Shown here: in pieces, positions 36,201-49,360 of the stretch
Position numbering within the stretch: the first letter of the stretch is position 1
How the letters are laid out: each line of letters begins with the position of its first letter
Assembly: GCA_963514005.1 (NCBI GenBank)
Contig: OY740787.1
Location: forward strand, 70,866,001-70,930,000
DNA length: 64,000 nucleotides
Direction of reading: 5' to 3'
From: Raja brachyura
Lineage: Eukaryota
Made by a program: the position numbers and the translations under genes
The notes under the pieces: model-generated
Told to the model about the DNA's origin: nothing
Databases searched by the model: none
What the model saw: only the letters and a program-made list of their open reading frames with translations

Positions 36201-39174
36201 TCATATTGGTCTCGCAATTTCCTATACCATTTCATGTCTGACAAAGGCACAAACTGTTTAATATCTTGATTTTCTTCAATTACATTTGCTGCATGAACAC
36301 GAGGTTCTGGAATTTCATAAGGCATTCGAAGTCTCTTTTCTTCCTTTCTCTTTTTGATCTCTGAAATTTCATATTCACCTTTTACGTTCTTGGTACTGAC
36401 AGCTGGTTTGTACAATATTGCAGCTTCTTGCAGAGCTTGCTTTGCTACAGCGTTCAGTGGAACAGATTCAACATTTGCAAGTATTTCTGCCATTCTAATT
36501 GTTTTGTCAATTTGTTTCTGAACATGTTGCTGCCGATCCTCCTCACTCTTGTATTGACGCTTAACATAGGTCATGCGTTCAACTTTCAGATACGCTTGGC
36601 AACTTGCAGATCCAGCACTGTTGGTAGCAGTGATTCGGTAAATGCCAGAATCTTCAGGCAAAGTATCCCTTACATGCAAAACATAGTAGTCCAGACCTTC
36701 ATGTACAATTTCAATATTTGGACATAATGACAAAGCCTGTCCATCTTTCTCCCATTTCAGAGTTGGTGCTGGTGTGCCAGACACTCTACACTCAAAACGA
36801 ATGTTCTGGCCTTCTATACATTCTGCATTTGCCAACAAACGTTTAAACATTGGTCTCAAAGTGCTGTCCGCTGCAGGTGGGCGAGGTATTACAGTTAGTT
36901 TGGCTTTGCAGCTGTCGTCACCATATCTATTGCGAGCTTGTACTGTGTACTCAGCATCATCATCGTTTGTTAACTTGTGAATTATCAGTTGATAGAGACC
37001 TTTGTCAGACACAAAAGTATATTTTTTCTCATCTTCACCAGGCTTAATCCTTTGTCCAGATTTCAACCAAGTTACTCTTGGGTCAGGGTGAACAGTTATA
37101 GTAACACCAAATCTGACATCTTCTCCAAGGTAGGCAGTTTGGTTGTACAAAGGCAGAGTGAATTCTGGTGGTCTTTCAAGAAGCCTCATTGCATCCACTT
37201 TACGTTTTACTCTTTTTACAGTACGTTGCATAAAGAATTTACGGATTTCTCTTACACCGCTCACAAATAGTTCTACATAGGAACTATCTTCACCATAGTC
37301 ATTTACTACTTTGCACCTGTATGTACCATCATCTGTCTTGTTTATGTCTTTAACATACATTGTTGCCAAACCATCCTGATAGGTAATTTCATACTTGTCA
37401 CTGCATTCAAGTTGCCTGACGCCAAAGTACCAAGTGACTTGGGTAGATTGATCGTAGTTTGCAATTCTGCAGGAATATTTAACATGACCGCCCTCTTCAG
37501 CAGTTGCATGCATGATCTGTCCGGCAAGTGGACCAATTTCAATTGAAGATATTTTAACTTTAGCAACTGTAACTCCCCTTTGAGCTCTAACAGCTCCACC
37601 AGAGGAAATTCGAGCCACGGAAACAACAAGGTTCATTTCCTTCTTTATTAAGGTCTGATAGTACCTTCTGTGTCTCAAAGTCTTAATTACTTTGGTGCTC
37701 ATTTTCTCTGTCTTCTGCTTCAACCATGTATGTTCAAGAGCATCAGCAGCTGTCATCCGACTCTTCCTTTCCTTGACCAACAGGCGATCAATGAAGTCGA
37801 GAGCTTCAGTTGTGATGTCCTTGAAAGCTTCATCCTCAAAACTATATTCTGCTCTAATAATGTTATCAATAACCTGCTGGTTTGTTTCAGCAATAAATGG
37901 ATTCAGACCACTGAGTAATACATACGCAAGTGTACCGACTGACCACATGTCTGTGGCTGCATTGACCACATCATGCTGGTGCAGTTCAGGTGCTGCGTAC
38001 TCTGAGGCAGTGAACTGAATTCTAATGCTGTCACCCGGTGTGAGTGCCCTGGCCTGACCAAGTTCAACAATCTTAATAAAAGAGCTTTTCCTTGTGGTAT
38101 AGATTATATTGTCTGGTTTGATATCAAAATGCGCCACATTCTGACTATGTAGAAATTCCAATGCTTCACAGACTTGGCGAATGTAGATGATAACTTCCCT
38201 TTCAGTTAGTTCAAAGGTAGAAGTATTAATGCGCTCAAATATGTCAGCACCTGAAATAAACTCGAAGATCATGACTAATTCTTCAAGGCTCTCAAATGAT
38301 TCATGAAGCCATAGGATACTTCTGTGTCTAGCAATATTGAGAATGTCAATCTCTTTCTTCACAAGTACCTGATCAGCACCTTTGATTTTCACAAACTTTG
38401 CCATGTATGTTTTCTTGCTTATGTTTTCCATACAGCGATGAACAATACTAAATTGTCCACGTCCTAGCTCTTCAGCAAATGTGTAGCGGGAATGAAGATC
38501 TTTAATAGTAGAATGATTAGCTTTGCCTTTAGTAATTGTCATTGTTTCATCGACCTCTTCATCATAGTTTATAACTCTTGACTTGTCTTCTTTTGTGACT
38601 ATTGGATCAGTTGGCTCTGATGGCTTGCTCTGTCCAAACTTGTTTTCAGCAATCACACGGAACTGGTAGCTAGTTTTGCCAAATAGATTTACAACAGTGT
38701 AATGTGTATCACGTGACTGTGCTACGCGTATCCACATCTCTGCAGTTGTTGCACATTTCTCAATGATGTAGTTCATTACTTTACTTCCACCATCATTAGC
38801 TGGAGGACTCCATGTTAAATTGACAGAATCACGTGCAATGTCACTGACTTTAATTCCTCTTGGCATGTCAGGTACGTCTGCGACGTCCAGTTCAACTGTT
38901 TGCTGATCTATGCCAAATCTGTTCTTGGCACACACAACATAGAAACCAGCATCTTTTATGTCAACTCCATTCGGGAACACCAGAGATGTAAAAGATCTGG
39001 TGACAATTACTTGAAAATGGCCGTTGTTATCAATGAGATCTTGTCCTTTCTGCCATGTAATTACGGGATCAGGTCTTCCACTGAAAGGAATCTTAATGCT
39101 TACAATTTCACCACGGAGAGCATGAACTGCACCCATGCCTTCCAGATGTTTGGGTAGTTGAATCTTGGCTGGGA
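33299..39174 (-). CDS. TTN: Titin large exon: A169-A170, kinase, M1-M6, M8 and first half of M9
   Basis: Continuous ORF from VPAKIQLPK through kinase (YMAKFVK, HFDIKPDN, ELG) to EVEWLKDNQP; donor CCT|GTAAGT. Confidence 0.96.
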
Positions 39175-39237
39175 CTAGAAACAAACAAAAAAAGGTTATA
39201 AATACTTAAAGGCAAGTGAATGTAAAAGTTAATGAGT

Positions 39238-39888
39238 AGGAAAGAACTGCAGATGCTGGTTTAAATCAAAGGTAGACACAAAATGCTGGAGTAAATCAGC
39301 ACGAAACAGGCAGCATTTCTGGAGAGAAGGAATGGGTGAAGTTTCGGATCGAGACCCTTCTCCAGATTGGTGTCAGGGGAGTGGGCGGGACAGAGACAGA
39401 ATGTAGTCAGAGACAGTAAGACTGGTGGGAGAACTGGGAAGGGGGAGGGGATGGAGAGAGAGGGAAAGCAAGGGCTATTTGAAGTTAGAGAAGTCAATGT
39501 TCATACCGCTGGGGTGTAAGCTACCCAGGCAAAATATGAGGTGCTGTTCCTCCAATTTGCGCTGGGCCTCACTCTGACAATGGAGGAGGCCCACAACAGA
39601 AAGGTCAGATTGGGAATGGGCAGGGTAGTTAAAGTGCTGAGCAACCGGGAGATCAGGTAGGTTAAGGTGGACTGTGCGGAGTTGTTCAGCGAAACAATCG
39701 GCAAACCCGCACTTGGGCTTGCCGATGTACAGGAGTTGACACCTTGAACAGCGGGATACAATAGATGAGGTTGGAGGAGGTGCAAGTGAACCTCTGCTTC
39801 ACCTGAAAAGACTGTTGGGGTCATTGGATGAAGTTGAGGGGCAGGTAAAGGGACATCTCCTGCGGTTGCAGGGGAAAGTACCTGGGTT
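39238..39888 (-). mobile_element. Penelope-like element 3' portion in titin intron
   Basis: Reverse complement homologous to 15455-16240 (GIY-YIG remnant and terminal repeat); hammerhead core mutated (CUGGAGA). Confidence 0.85.
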
Positions 39889-40071
39889 ACTGAAAGTTAA
39901 TGAGTTTGAAATTGGTCTTGGAAAGCAGAGCAAAACTGGGAGTAGTGAATTCACAGCCTACTTTATACCCCACATGATATTTTCTTTAATTCACTTTGAT
40001 ATAAAAGAAGAATGAAAAACAAAACCAGGCAACTTTTAAAATTTGGAAACAAAGAACTGCAGATGCTGGTT

Positions 40072-40215
40072 AAAGGGTCTGTCCCACTTACAGGCCCTTT
40101 ACAGGCGACTGCCGGCACCCGTCATAGGTCGCCGAAATTTTCAACATGTTGAAAATTCAGCGGCGACCAGAAAGACGCTACGACTCTTTGGAGACCTCTC
40201 ACAACCATACAGCCT
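40072..40215. mobile_element. Truncated Harbinger-like MITE
   Basis: Begins aagggtctgtcccactta (cf. 6554); 22-bp palindrome aattttcaacatgttgaaaatt at 40136-40157. Confidence 0.55.
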
Positions 40216-40439
40216 GTATGCCTAGGTGAGGGAGGGGGAATTTCATCGGAGGCTGGTTGAAACAAAGTTAAGAAAGGAAGGTAGATGTGTGGGACAGGTT
40301 TGAAGATATGCAAATCCAGAGGAGGGAAATTGGCAGGTGAGGGAGAAGCATGGGGGTTCCAAGCTGAATAGGAGGTGTCAAAGCACTGAGATTGCTGTTT
40401 CACAATGATAATTTTGGATAACTCCTCAGACTAATTACA

Positions 40440-41035
40440 GGTGCTTGGTTGATCAGGAGGGCAGTATGGTAAAGATGGTATTTGGCACACTTGCCTTCAT
40501 TGGGAACATTATTAAGTACAAACGTTGGCACATCATGGTGCAGTTGTACAAGTCATTGGTGAGACCATATTTGAGGTACTACGTGTAGTTCTGGTCACTC
40601 AGCTATAGGAAGGACGTAAATTGAGTTGGAAACGGTGCAGAAGAGATTCACAAGGATGATACCTGGGCTTGTGGGCTTGAGTTATTGGGTGAAGTTAGAT
40701 AGACTGTGACATTTTTCTTTGGCACAAATTAGGTTAAGGGATGTCTTATTGAGGTGTACAAGATCATGAGGGGCATGAATAAAGTGAATCTCACTTTGTT
40801 TCCCCAGGGTGGAGCTTTCTAAAACAAGAGGGCATTGGCTTAAGGTGAGAGGTGAGTGATTTAAGAAGCTCCTCATGGGCAACACATTCACTCAGAGCGT
40901 GGTCCGTATCTGGAATGAGCAGTCAGAGGAAGCTAAATAATTGGTTACAATTACAACATTGAAAAGACATTTGGAAGGTTTAATGGGCTATGGGCCAAAT
41001 GCAGGCTGAATGGTCTGCTTCCATGCTCTATGAAT
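40440..41035 (+). mobile_element. Decayed CR1-like LINE 3' part
   Basis: cattggtgagaccatatttgaggtac...ttctggtc, similar to 32450-32980. Confidence 0.75.
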
Positions 41036-41103
41036 CTAATCACATTCCAGATGTATTCAGAAATATTACACAATTTTTAACATAATTTTTATATGATACA
41101 TAC

Positions 41104-41697
41104 CATCAACATCTAAAGATACTGTTGTTGAGATGGAACCTCCTTGATTGATTGCTCTGACTTGATATACGGTTGCATCTTCTCCTGTGACGCCAGTAAT
41201 TACCAGTTGATAGTAGCCTCCCTTAAATTCCAGGATCTTTACCTTTTCACCATCAGGTTCGATTTCCTTTCCCTGTTTAAACCATTTCACAACAGGTTTA
41301 GGATGACCAATAACCTTGCATACGAATGTGGCATTGCTCTTATATTTCACACTTAAATTGCGTATTTCTTCTTTAAACTTTGGTGCCTTGATTGGTATAT
41401 CGCACATTGGAATAACAGGATCGGATATTTCACTCCAGTCACTCTCACCACCAAGGTTTTCACATTTAACACGGAACTCATACTCCATGCCTTCAATGAG
41501 GCCTTTAACACTGTGAGCTGTTTCATGTATTTCATCAGTTGTTACAGCGATCCATTTATTCTGCTTTTTCTCTCGTTTTTCAAGGTAATAATTTCTGATC
41601 TTTGCGCCACCATCACTGGCAGGTGGCTTCCATGAAACCATACACGAGTCCTTTGTGACAGCAGCTACTATAGGTTTGGCTGGATTCCCTGGCTTCT
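41104..41697 (-). CDS. TTN: Titin A-band exon (FN3 + Ig)
   Basis: EKPGNP...ISTTVSLDVD; AG/GT; 594 bp. Confidence 0.95.
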
Positions 41698-41786
41698 CTG
41701 TAGACAGAAGTGAAGTGAGATATTTTAATATTTAGGCTATAACATGTTAATAGACAAACAACAAATTCATTTATGTAGATACTTAC

Positions 41787-42092
41787 CAAATTGACTCTTG
41801 ATGATGACAACGGAGGAAACTTCCAACGGTGTACTGACACCAAACTGATTTTGAGCAGAGACACGGAAGTAGTAGCCAGCATTGTCGATGAGGTGTGTAA
41901 TCCTACAAGATGTGCCAGCAATAGAAGAAGATACCAGATGCCATTGTGCATCTTCCTTGGCTTCACGTTTTTCTACAATGTAGTTCGTAATTACAGCACC
42001 TCCGTCATCAAGTGGTGGCTTCCAACTGATTACTGTAGAATTTTTCAGCAATGCATCAATTGATATTGGCCCTTCTGGCATATCTGGCTTAT
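41787..42092 (-). CDS. TTN: Titin exon (FN3)
   Basis: DKPDMPEGP...IIKSQF; 306 bp. Confidence 0.95.
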
Positions 42093-42186
42093 CTGTATGG
42101 AAAGATAGACGGTATTAGGCATTTCATTATTATTAACATTCATTGTAATGTAACTTATGCATACATACACAATTGAATATCATTAC

Positions 42187-42762
42187 CTTGGATTTCTACG
42201 TTAAATGTTTTATCGATTGTTCCAAATGAATTGCTGAGTTGCACTCTGTATTTTCCAACATGATTCTTTCGATGAATATTTCTCACTACAAGATGAGTGT
42301 AATGCTCTGTGTTCTCTATTGAAATATTATCTGAATCTGACAAGAGTTTCTTTTCATGGAACCAGCGAATAGCAGGTACTGGACGGCCAATGTATACAAC
42401 GTGGATACGAAGACTTGCACCAACGCTTACAACATAGACGTCTTTTTGTGGAAAAGAGGGATGGAAGTGTGGAGCAGCCTCAAGCAATACACTGCCGCTG
42501 ATCTCGATTTCACCAGTATCATTAGTAGCTTTACAGATATAGAGACCTTCATCATCTTGATCGTCTGTTAAAATGGTGATAGAATGATTACGCCCATCTG
42601 AACTCATCTTATACTTGCGGCTTTGTTGCAATTCCTTTCCATAATGGTACCACTTAATTTCTGGAAGCGGTCTACCAATGATCTGGCAAGCCAGTTTTGC
42701 TGGTTCACCTAGCTTGGCAACAACTTCTGTGATTTCTTGTTTAACTGTTGGTTCTTCTCCCG
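42187..42762 (-). CDS. TTN: Titin exon (2 Ig)
   Basis: SGEEPTVKQE...FNVEIQ; 576 bp. Confidence 0.95.
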
Positions 42763-42853
42763 CTGTTGACAAAGAAGTGGAGACAAATGAGCTAAAGCCA
42801 TTATATAACACAAAAATTATATCATTTAAAATAAAATATTAAAAAATACACAC

Positions 42854-43153
42854 ATGTCAATTTAGTCTTGATTGCAATAACAGTTCTGCGAGGTCGGCTG
42901 ATTCCTGTCTCATTCTCTGCAAAGACTCTGAATTCATATTCCGTGGCTTCCAGCAGACCACCTTGTATAAACTGCCTATCCTTCATTCGTTCCTTACTGC
43001 ATTTTTTCCAAGCACTATCACCGGACTGACGATACTCAACCCAGTAACCAATAATTTCCTTGCCACCATCACATTCTGGACGGTCCCACTGAATGGTGAT
43101 GCTATCTTTTGTGACAGACGTAACTTCAATCTCTCCAGGTTGGCTTGGTTTAT
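42854..43153 (-). CDS. TTN: Titin exon (FN3; not in ORF track)
   Basis: Manual: DKPSQPGEIEV...SRPRRTVIAIKTKLT; 300 bp. Confidence 0.92.
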
Positions 43154-43265
43154 CTGTGGAAATTTATTTACTTGTTAAACTCTAGTAATTGTGTCATATC
43201 TGAAGTCACATCATCATAAATTTCATATTGATGTAGCATATTAATAGAGATTGAATGAAACATAC

Positions 43266-43571
43266 CAAAAGGATCCTTGCATTGAACGACATCAGAAGGT
43301 GGGCTTGGCTCACCAAGACCAATGTCATTCTGTGCCAAAATACGGAACTGATATTCAGCATCTGGAATAAGTCCAGAAACACTGTACATTGTAGTGGTGA
43401 TGTGAGTCTTGTTTTGTCGCACCCATTTATCTGTGGTAGACTCTTTGCGATCGATAAAATATCCAGTAACACGTGATCCACCGTCATCCTTTGGTCTTGA
43501 CCAGCACAGGGTGACAGAACTCTTGGTGACATCCAGTATTTCTGGAGGATTGCTTGGAGGCTCTGGTGGAT
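43266..43571 (-). CDS. TTN: Titin exon (FN3)
   Basis: PPEPPSNPPEILD...CKDPF; 306 bp. Confidence 0.95.
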
Positions 43572-43668
43572 CTAGAGTGACGTAGTGAATTAACAACCAT
43601 GTACAAAAATTAAATAAATTCAAAAGATAAGATGACATTAAGATGACAATGAACAATATTCAACTTAC

Positions 43669-44253
43669 ATAGTGGTGTCTTTGGTACAACTGATTCTTCT
43701 GATTTCAAAGATTTGCTAATGCCGAATTGATTTTCAGCAGAAACTCGGAAGTGGTATTCCACAGTTTCTTTCAAGCCTTTGACAACAATGGCAGTGTCCT
43801 TTACTCTAGAATCAACAGTGTACCAGGCAGTTTTGGATACTTCACGTCTCTCAACAATATATCCAATGATATCAGATCCACCATCATCAACAGATGGTCG
43901 CCAGCTTACTCTGACAGAACGAGCTTGAATATCATCAAATTCAAGTGGACCTTGTGGAGGATCTGGATTGCCGATCACCTTCACCTTAATGTATACTGTC
44001 TTTTTGCCACACTTGTTTTCGAGAACAAGGTCATATGTGCCTGAATCTTCTCTGACTGATTCTTTTATCACAAGTTCGGTGTGAGTCTCAGAAGTTGCAA
44101 TCATTGCACGCATACTGATATCACGACCTTCCTTTGTCCACTTGCAGACAGGAATAGGTTTGCCTTTAATGGGTACTGTTAGTTTGATTGCTCCACCTTG
44201 TCTTACAATCAGGCCTTCAAGGTATTGATGGTCAAGTTCATAATCAGGATACT
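43669..44253 (-). CDS. TTN: Titin exon (Ig + FN3)
   Basis: EYPDYELD...VPKTPL; 585 bp. Confidence 0.95.
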
Positions 44254-44618
44254 CTGTAAGAAAATAAAAATCAAGTTTTATATTAAAAAGCAAGCAAATA
44301 ATACATTAGTACCATCCAATGGCCAGGTATACATTTACAAAAGAACAAAACATAATACTCCAAAATGTCAATATAGGTTGAAAACAAAAATTGGAATAGA
44401 CTAATCAGCATGTAAATTTTGCGGTAAAAATATGGGACCCATTTCTTCTTTCATCACTGAGTGCCTGAGGATTAGCTGATGGTCTAACAGAGCATCAAAA
44501 TGCATCAAAAGATGGAGGTTCTTTTTCTTTTTAATGGCTAGCTGACAAATGTGAATTCACCTGTATAATTCAGCACACTTAGCTGAATACAAAACATAAG
44601 AGTGTCAAAATTTCTCAC

Positions 44619-44921
44619 CGAGCATTTCAGTGACCTTAACAGTTCCTGGCACATCAGCTGGCTCACCAGGACCACCGGCATTAACTGCCATAACACGGAA
44701 CCTATACTCGGCACCCTGTGGCATGTGAGTCAGGGTGTATTCACAGATCTTTGTTGGAGTAGTGTTGCACTTAGTCCATTCAAACTGGTCAACTTTCTGC
44801 ATCTCAATAAGATAGCCTGTGACCTTCGAACCACCTTCCTCTTCTGGTGGACTCCAAGCAACAGAAATTGATGTTCTGGATGTGTCCGTAACTCTTGGAT
44901 TTTGTGGTTTTCCAGGTGGAT
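44619..44921 (-). CDS. TTN: Titin exon (FN3)
   Basis: DPPGKPQNPRV...VTEML; 303 bp. Confidence 0.95.
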
Positions 44922-45587
44922 CTACAGAAACAGTAAATGTCATTAATAATTGAAATCAGCATTTTGATGTAAATAGTATTTTGGAAATACTTTTCCAAAT
45001 GATGCTCAATGATTTGAAATAGAGTACAACTGAGGTAACTGGAATGTCAAAGTTTGACACATGGTTTATGTTAGGTAATTTAAGTTAAGGTTGTAATTGA
45101 CCATAGGTTCATCTATTTTTGGATAGTGAAAAGAAAATCAGAGCGGGATCTGTTTTTTAACAGCTATTCAATGCCACCTATTGGAAATGCACATGGGGAT
45201 TTCTCGTGAATATGTTTGGAGTTTCTCCACAATCAGATTACAGCACTTACAAAGCAAACAAATATCATCTGATATTTTTACTACCTCAAACAATTTTACC
45301 AGAGATGTGCAGTTAATCCAGACGGGCATTATTCCCATCATGTTAACCAAGTGTTCCTGTCACGGTGGAAAATGCAGCACTCTACAGTTGCACATCCACC
45401 TTCGCACCAGAAAAAAAAAGCAGCTCATTTAAACATTTTTCATTACTATTATCTATAGGAAATTATTAGTATTTAAGAAACTAAATGGAAGAGAGACAAT
45501 TAGAATCATGAAATAAAGTCTAAACAATTGATTTTTGGTGGCACCTCTATCTTTGTACTGACATTGTAAGTTGAATTGATACGTTAC

Positions 45588-45890
45588 CTATCGGGTCCAT
45601 GGCAACTGCAGATTTGGAAGGTCTGCTTGGCTTGCTGGTCCCTCTAGCATTCACAGCTGTCACACGATGTTCATATTCTAATCCTTCTACAAGGCCAGTG
45701 GAACGGTACCTTGTCATGGTCACAAGCACTTTGTTAACTCTCACCCATCGTTCAGACCTTAGCTCCTTGCGTTCAATGATGTAACCAGAAATTGGTGAAC
45801 CACCATCTTCGATCGGTGGTTCCCAGGTAAGTGTCATACCATCACGGGATGCATCAAATACATGGGGGGTACCAGTGGGGTCCGGCACAT
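45588..45890 (-). CDS. TTN: Titin exon (FN3)
   Basis: VPDPTGTPHVFD...AMDPI; 303 bp. Confidence 0.95.
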
Positions 45891-46199
45891 CTGCAGGAAA
45901 AGGGAAATGAGGTTTGTAGAAAGATTATCACCCAGTGATTCATAAAGAAATATATATAACATATTTTTTTTAATTATAACTGATTCTAAAAGTTCTAATA
46001 TTCTATTGTTCAGGAAAAAAGTATGTTCTCAAACCATTTATTTAATATTTAAATATTAATACTGGTTCATTAATTCATCATTACTGAAATAGTTATTCAT
46101 TATAAAAGTTAATGGATGAGCATTATGATCAATCTTTACAACGAGCAATCCATTATTTAATATCCTGGCATCTCTAATCATCGCCAATTTTGCACTTAC

Positions 46200-46499
46200 T
46201 AATGGCACTCTTGCACTCCACAATGCTAGATTGTACGAATGACCCAATACCAAAACGGTTTGAGCCAGCGACACGGAATACATATTCAGTGCCTTCAGTT
46301 AATCTTGTAAATCTGAATGTATTCCTGGTAACGGATTCAGACACAGACAGCCATCCTGGGCGATGAGCATCACGTTGTTCCACAACATAACCGCTGATGG
46401 CGGCACCTCCATCTTTCTCTGGTGGTTCCCAACTGATGGTGACAGTGGTGGCATCAATTTCGTCAATTTTAATTGAGCCTTTGAGTGGTCCTGGTTTAT
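46200..46499 (-). CDS. TTN: Titin exon (FN3)
   Basis: DKPGPLKG...ECKSAI; 300 bp. Confidence 0.94.
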
Positions 46500-46606
46500 C
46501 TATAAATTAATTGATACATTTAACAAAGATTCAAAAAATATGACATACTACATACAATGGGTAGCTGTTTAAGATTTTACAAATAGAATTTGGAAGATAA
46601 ACTTAC

Positions 46607-46894
46607 CAAGAATGATCACTTTGATGGATTCAGTCGTCGTTCCGGCAACATTTTTCAGTTCAAGTGTATAGTCACCAGTATCATCTATGGTGGTTTCACG
46701 CACAGTAAGATTGATCACCTTTGCAATTCTTTCTATTTTGGTGCGATCACTTTCTTTCAGTTTAGTACCTTCAAAGTACCATGTTGCAGCAGGGGGTGGA
46801 CGTCCACTAATTGGAATAGATAATTCAATAGGCCTTCCAGCATGTACGTTGACTGTCCTTTGAGGTATGCCTGCCAAATCAATCTTTGGTATCA
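46607..46894 (-). CDS. TTN: Titin exon (Ig)
   Basis: VIPKIDLAG...IKVIIL; 288 bp. Confidence 0.95.
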
Positions 46895-47021
46895 CTGTTG
46901 GAAAATAAGCACAAGAATAAGACATATTTATGTATTATTATTGCATTCATTATGTACAATTTCATATCAATATGAGAACATATATCAACAACAACAACAT
47001 TCAATTTAAAGCGGCACATAC

Positions 47022-47615
47022 CTTTTTGATCTTGTACAATGACAGCAGTTACGGTCTCTCTTGGTTCACTTACACCTTTGTCATTCTGGGCCCTGACTCT
47101 GAACAGATACTGTTCAGACTCATTCAGAGAGATGATGGTATGCTCAAATACTGTGTGCTTTAGAGTTGCAACTTTCATCCATCTTTCTGTGCCAGCTTTG
47201 CACGCTTCAATAACATAACCAGTCAGTCTGCATCCTCCATCGTGCAGTGGTTTTTCCCAGGCTAGTGTAACTGTGGATTTTGTGACATCAATTGCATCCA
47301 ATTTCTGCGGGACCATTGGAACTTCTGAAACAAGGACTGCATCTGCGGTTTCACATGGCTCACCGACACCATAGATATTTTCTGGTGAGACTCTAAAATA
47401 ATACATTGTACCCTCAGTAAGTCCAGTTATTCTATAAATGGTCTTGCTGCATTTAATTGTCACAGTTTTGAATGCTCTCATAGCAGCTTCCCGTCTCTCA
47501 ATGATGTAATTGTTGACTGGTGCTCCACCATCAATCATTGGAACATCCCATGTGATGACTGCAGAATCTCTATTGACTTCCTTTACTTTAACAGCACCAG
47601 GAGGGCCAGGCGTAT
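47022..47615 (-). CDS. TTN: Titin exon (2 FN3)
   Basis: DTPGPPG...VQDQK; 594 bp. Confidence 0.95.
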
Positions 47616-47713
47616 CTGAGAAGAGAGAAGTTATTTTAAAAACTTTTGCTACTTTTTAAAAGTCTTGGAATAGATGATAATGAAAAGGACTGAAAATATC
47701 TTGTTTCACATAC

Positions 47714-47995
47714 CATATACTTTGGCAACTATAGTAGCTGACTTCTTGCCTGAAGGATTTTCAGCCTCAATGGTGTATTTGCCTGCATCATAGCGATTCA
47801 CCTTGTCAATTACAAGCAATGTGTAAGAATCTGTTGTATCAATATAAGCATGACTGTAGAGGTCAACATTTGGTTTACTCCATGTTAACACTGGAGCTGG
47901 TCGACCCGACACTGACACCATTAAGCGGAGTGAGCCACCAGCTCTAACAGTAACTGTCTTTTTGAGATCATCCGCAAGTTCAAGATCTGGTATTT
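47714..47995 (-). CDS. TTN: Titin exon (Ig)
   Basis: EIPDLELADD...VAKVY; 282 bp. Confidence 0.95.
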
Positions 47996-48244
47996 CTAGA
48001 AAAATAAGATAAAATGAAATAGAGAAGAAAAACACATTGCAGTCTTCCATAATAAAATATTCAAGGTGTTATTCGAAATTTACATTGAATAAAATGCTTG
48101 GGAGTAGATTCATTTCTAGTCACAATTAAACAGTAGCATATTTTCAGTAGCAGCTATGCATATTTTATTCTAATATTAAAGGCACTGTCAGCAGTGTGTG
48201 AATAAAGAAAAAACAATATAGATAGTTTTTATAATGCAACTTAC

Positions 48245-48550
48245 CTATTCTTTCTACTGCTTCAATTACAGCAGATGACTCACTGTATTCACTCATTCCA
48301 TTTATGTTTACAGACGCAACTCTAAAATAGTATTGCTTGTTGGTGGTAAGACCTGTAATGGTATATTCTGTATTTCTTATGTTGTCTTTTGTATGTGCTC
48401 TATACCACTGTTCCATACTTTCCTCTTTCATTTCGAGTACGTATCCAATAATATCAGAACCACCATCATACATGGATCTTGTCCACGCTAGGCTGATACT
48501 GTGTTTGGTTGTATCTACAACTCTTGGTATTGAAGGTACACCAGGTGTAT
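48245..48550 (-). CDS. TTN: Titin exon (FN3)
   Basis: YTPGVPS...AVERI; 306 bp. Confidence 0.95.
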
Positions 48551-48637
48551 CTACAATATAATTTTAAAATGTTATGTTCATAATTATTTACAGAATTACA
48601 ACAAGAAACTAAAATAAAATAAAAATCTGGCACTTAC

Positions 48638-48943
48638 ATGTGGGATCTTTGCATAGGATGTATTGCGATGATTCACTAGGTTCACTGTTACCAGCGGCAT
48701 TCACTGCTGTAACACGGAACTGGTATTCACAGCTCTCCATTAGATTTGTTATCTTGAGTCTAGTATCATAAATAGTAACGTCTTTGTTGACTCGAGTCCA
48801 GCGTACACTTCGTTTTTCACGTTTATCTACCAGATAATTACTAATTTCTGCTCCACCATCAGTTTCAGGTTTCAACCACTGAATAATGATGTGATCTTTT
48901 CCCACTGTAACAAGCTCTGGTTCACCAGGTGGTGATGGAATAG
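48638..48943 (-). CDS. TTN: Titin exon (FN3)
   Basis: TIPSPPGEP...CKDPT; 306 bp. Confidence 0.95.
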
Positions 48944-49060
48944 CTGTTTAAAATAAATTGATTTCAATTAATCAACCAATCAATTAATTCATTCATTAAT
49001 AATCATTACTAAGATTAATAATAATTTGAAAATTAAAAATAATTATCACATTGTACTTAC

Positions 49061-49360
49061 TGTATGATTTTCTAGCCAAGACTGGTACAGACTCCAATGG
49101 CACACCAGGTCCATACTTATTAACTGCTCTTACTCTAAAAAGGTATTCATTGTTCTTTATAAGTCTTGTAACAACACTGGAGAGAGCCTTGCACTCAGCT
49201 TCAACGATGACCCAGTTAAGTCTGCTCGTCTCACGTCTCTCTACAATATAGTGTGTAATCACTGCTCCACCATCTTCCTTTGGCATATTCCATGATAAAG
49301 TGCACTTCTCTTCAGTTAATCTGCTGATGTTAAGTGAACCTTCACAAGGCCCTGGTGAAT
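49061..49360 (-). CDS. TTN: Titin exon (FN3)
   Basis: DSPGPCEG...ARKSY; 300 bp. Confidence 0.95.

Noticed and set aside
39338-39365. Sense-strand hammerhead in titin intron
   Set aside because: Core mutated (CUGGAGA; stem III palindrome lost); probably inactive
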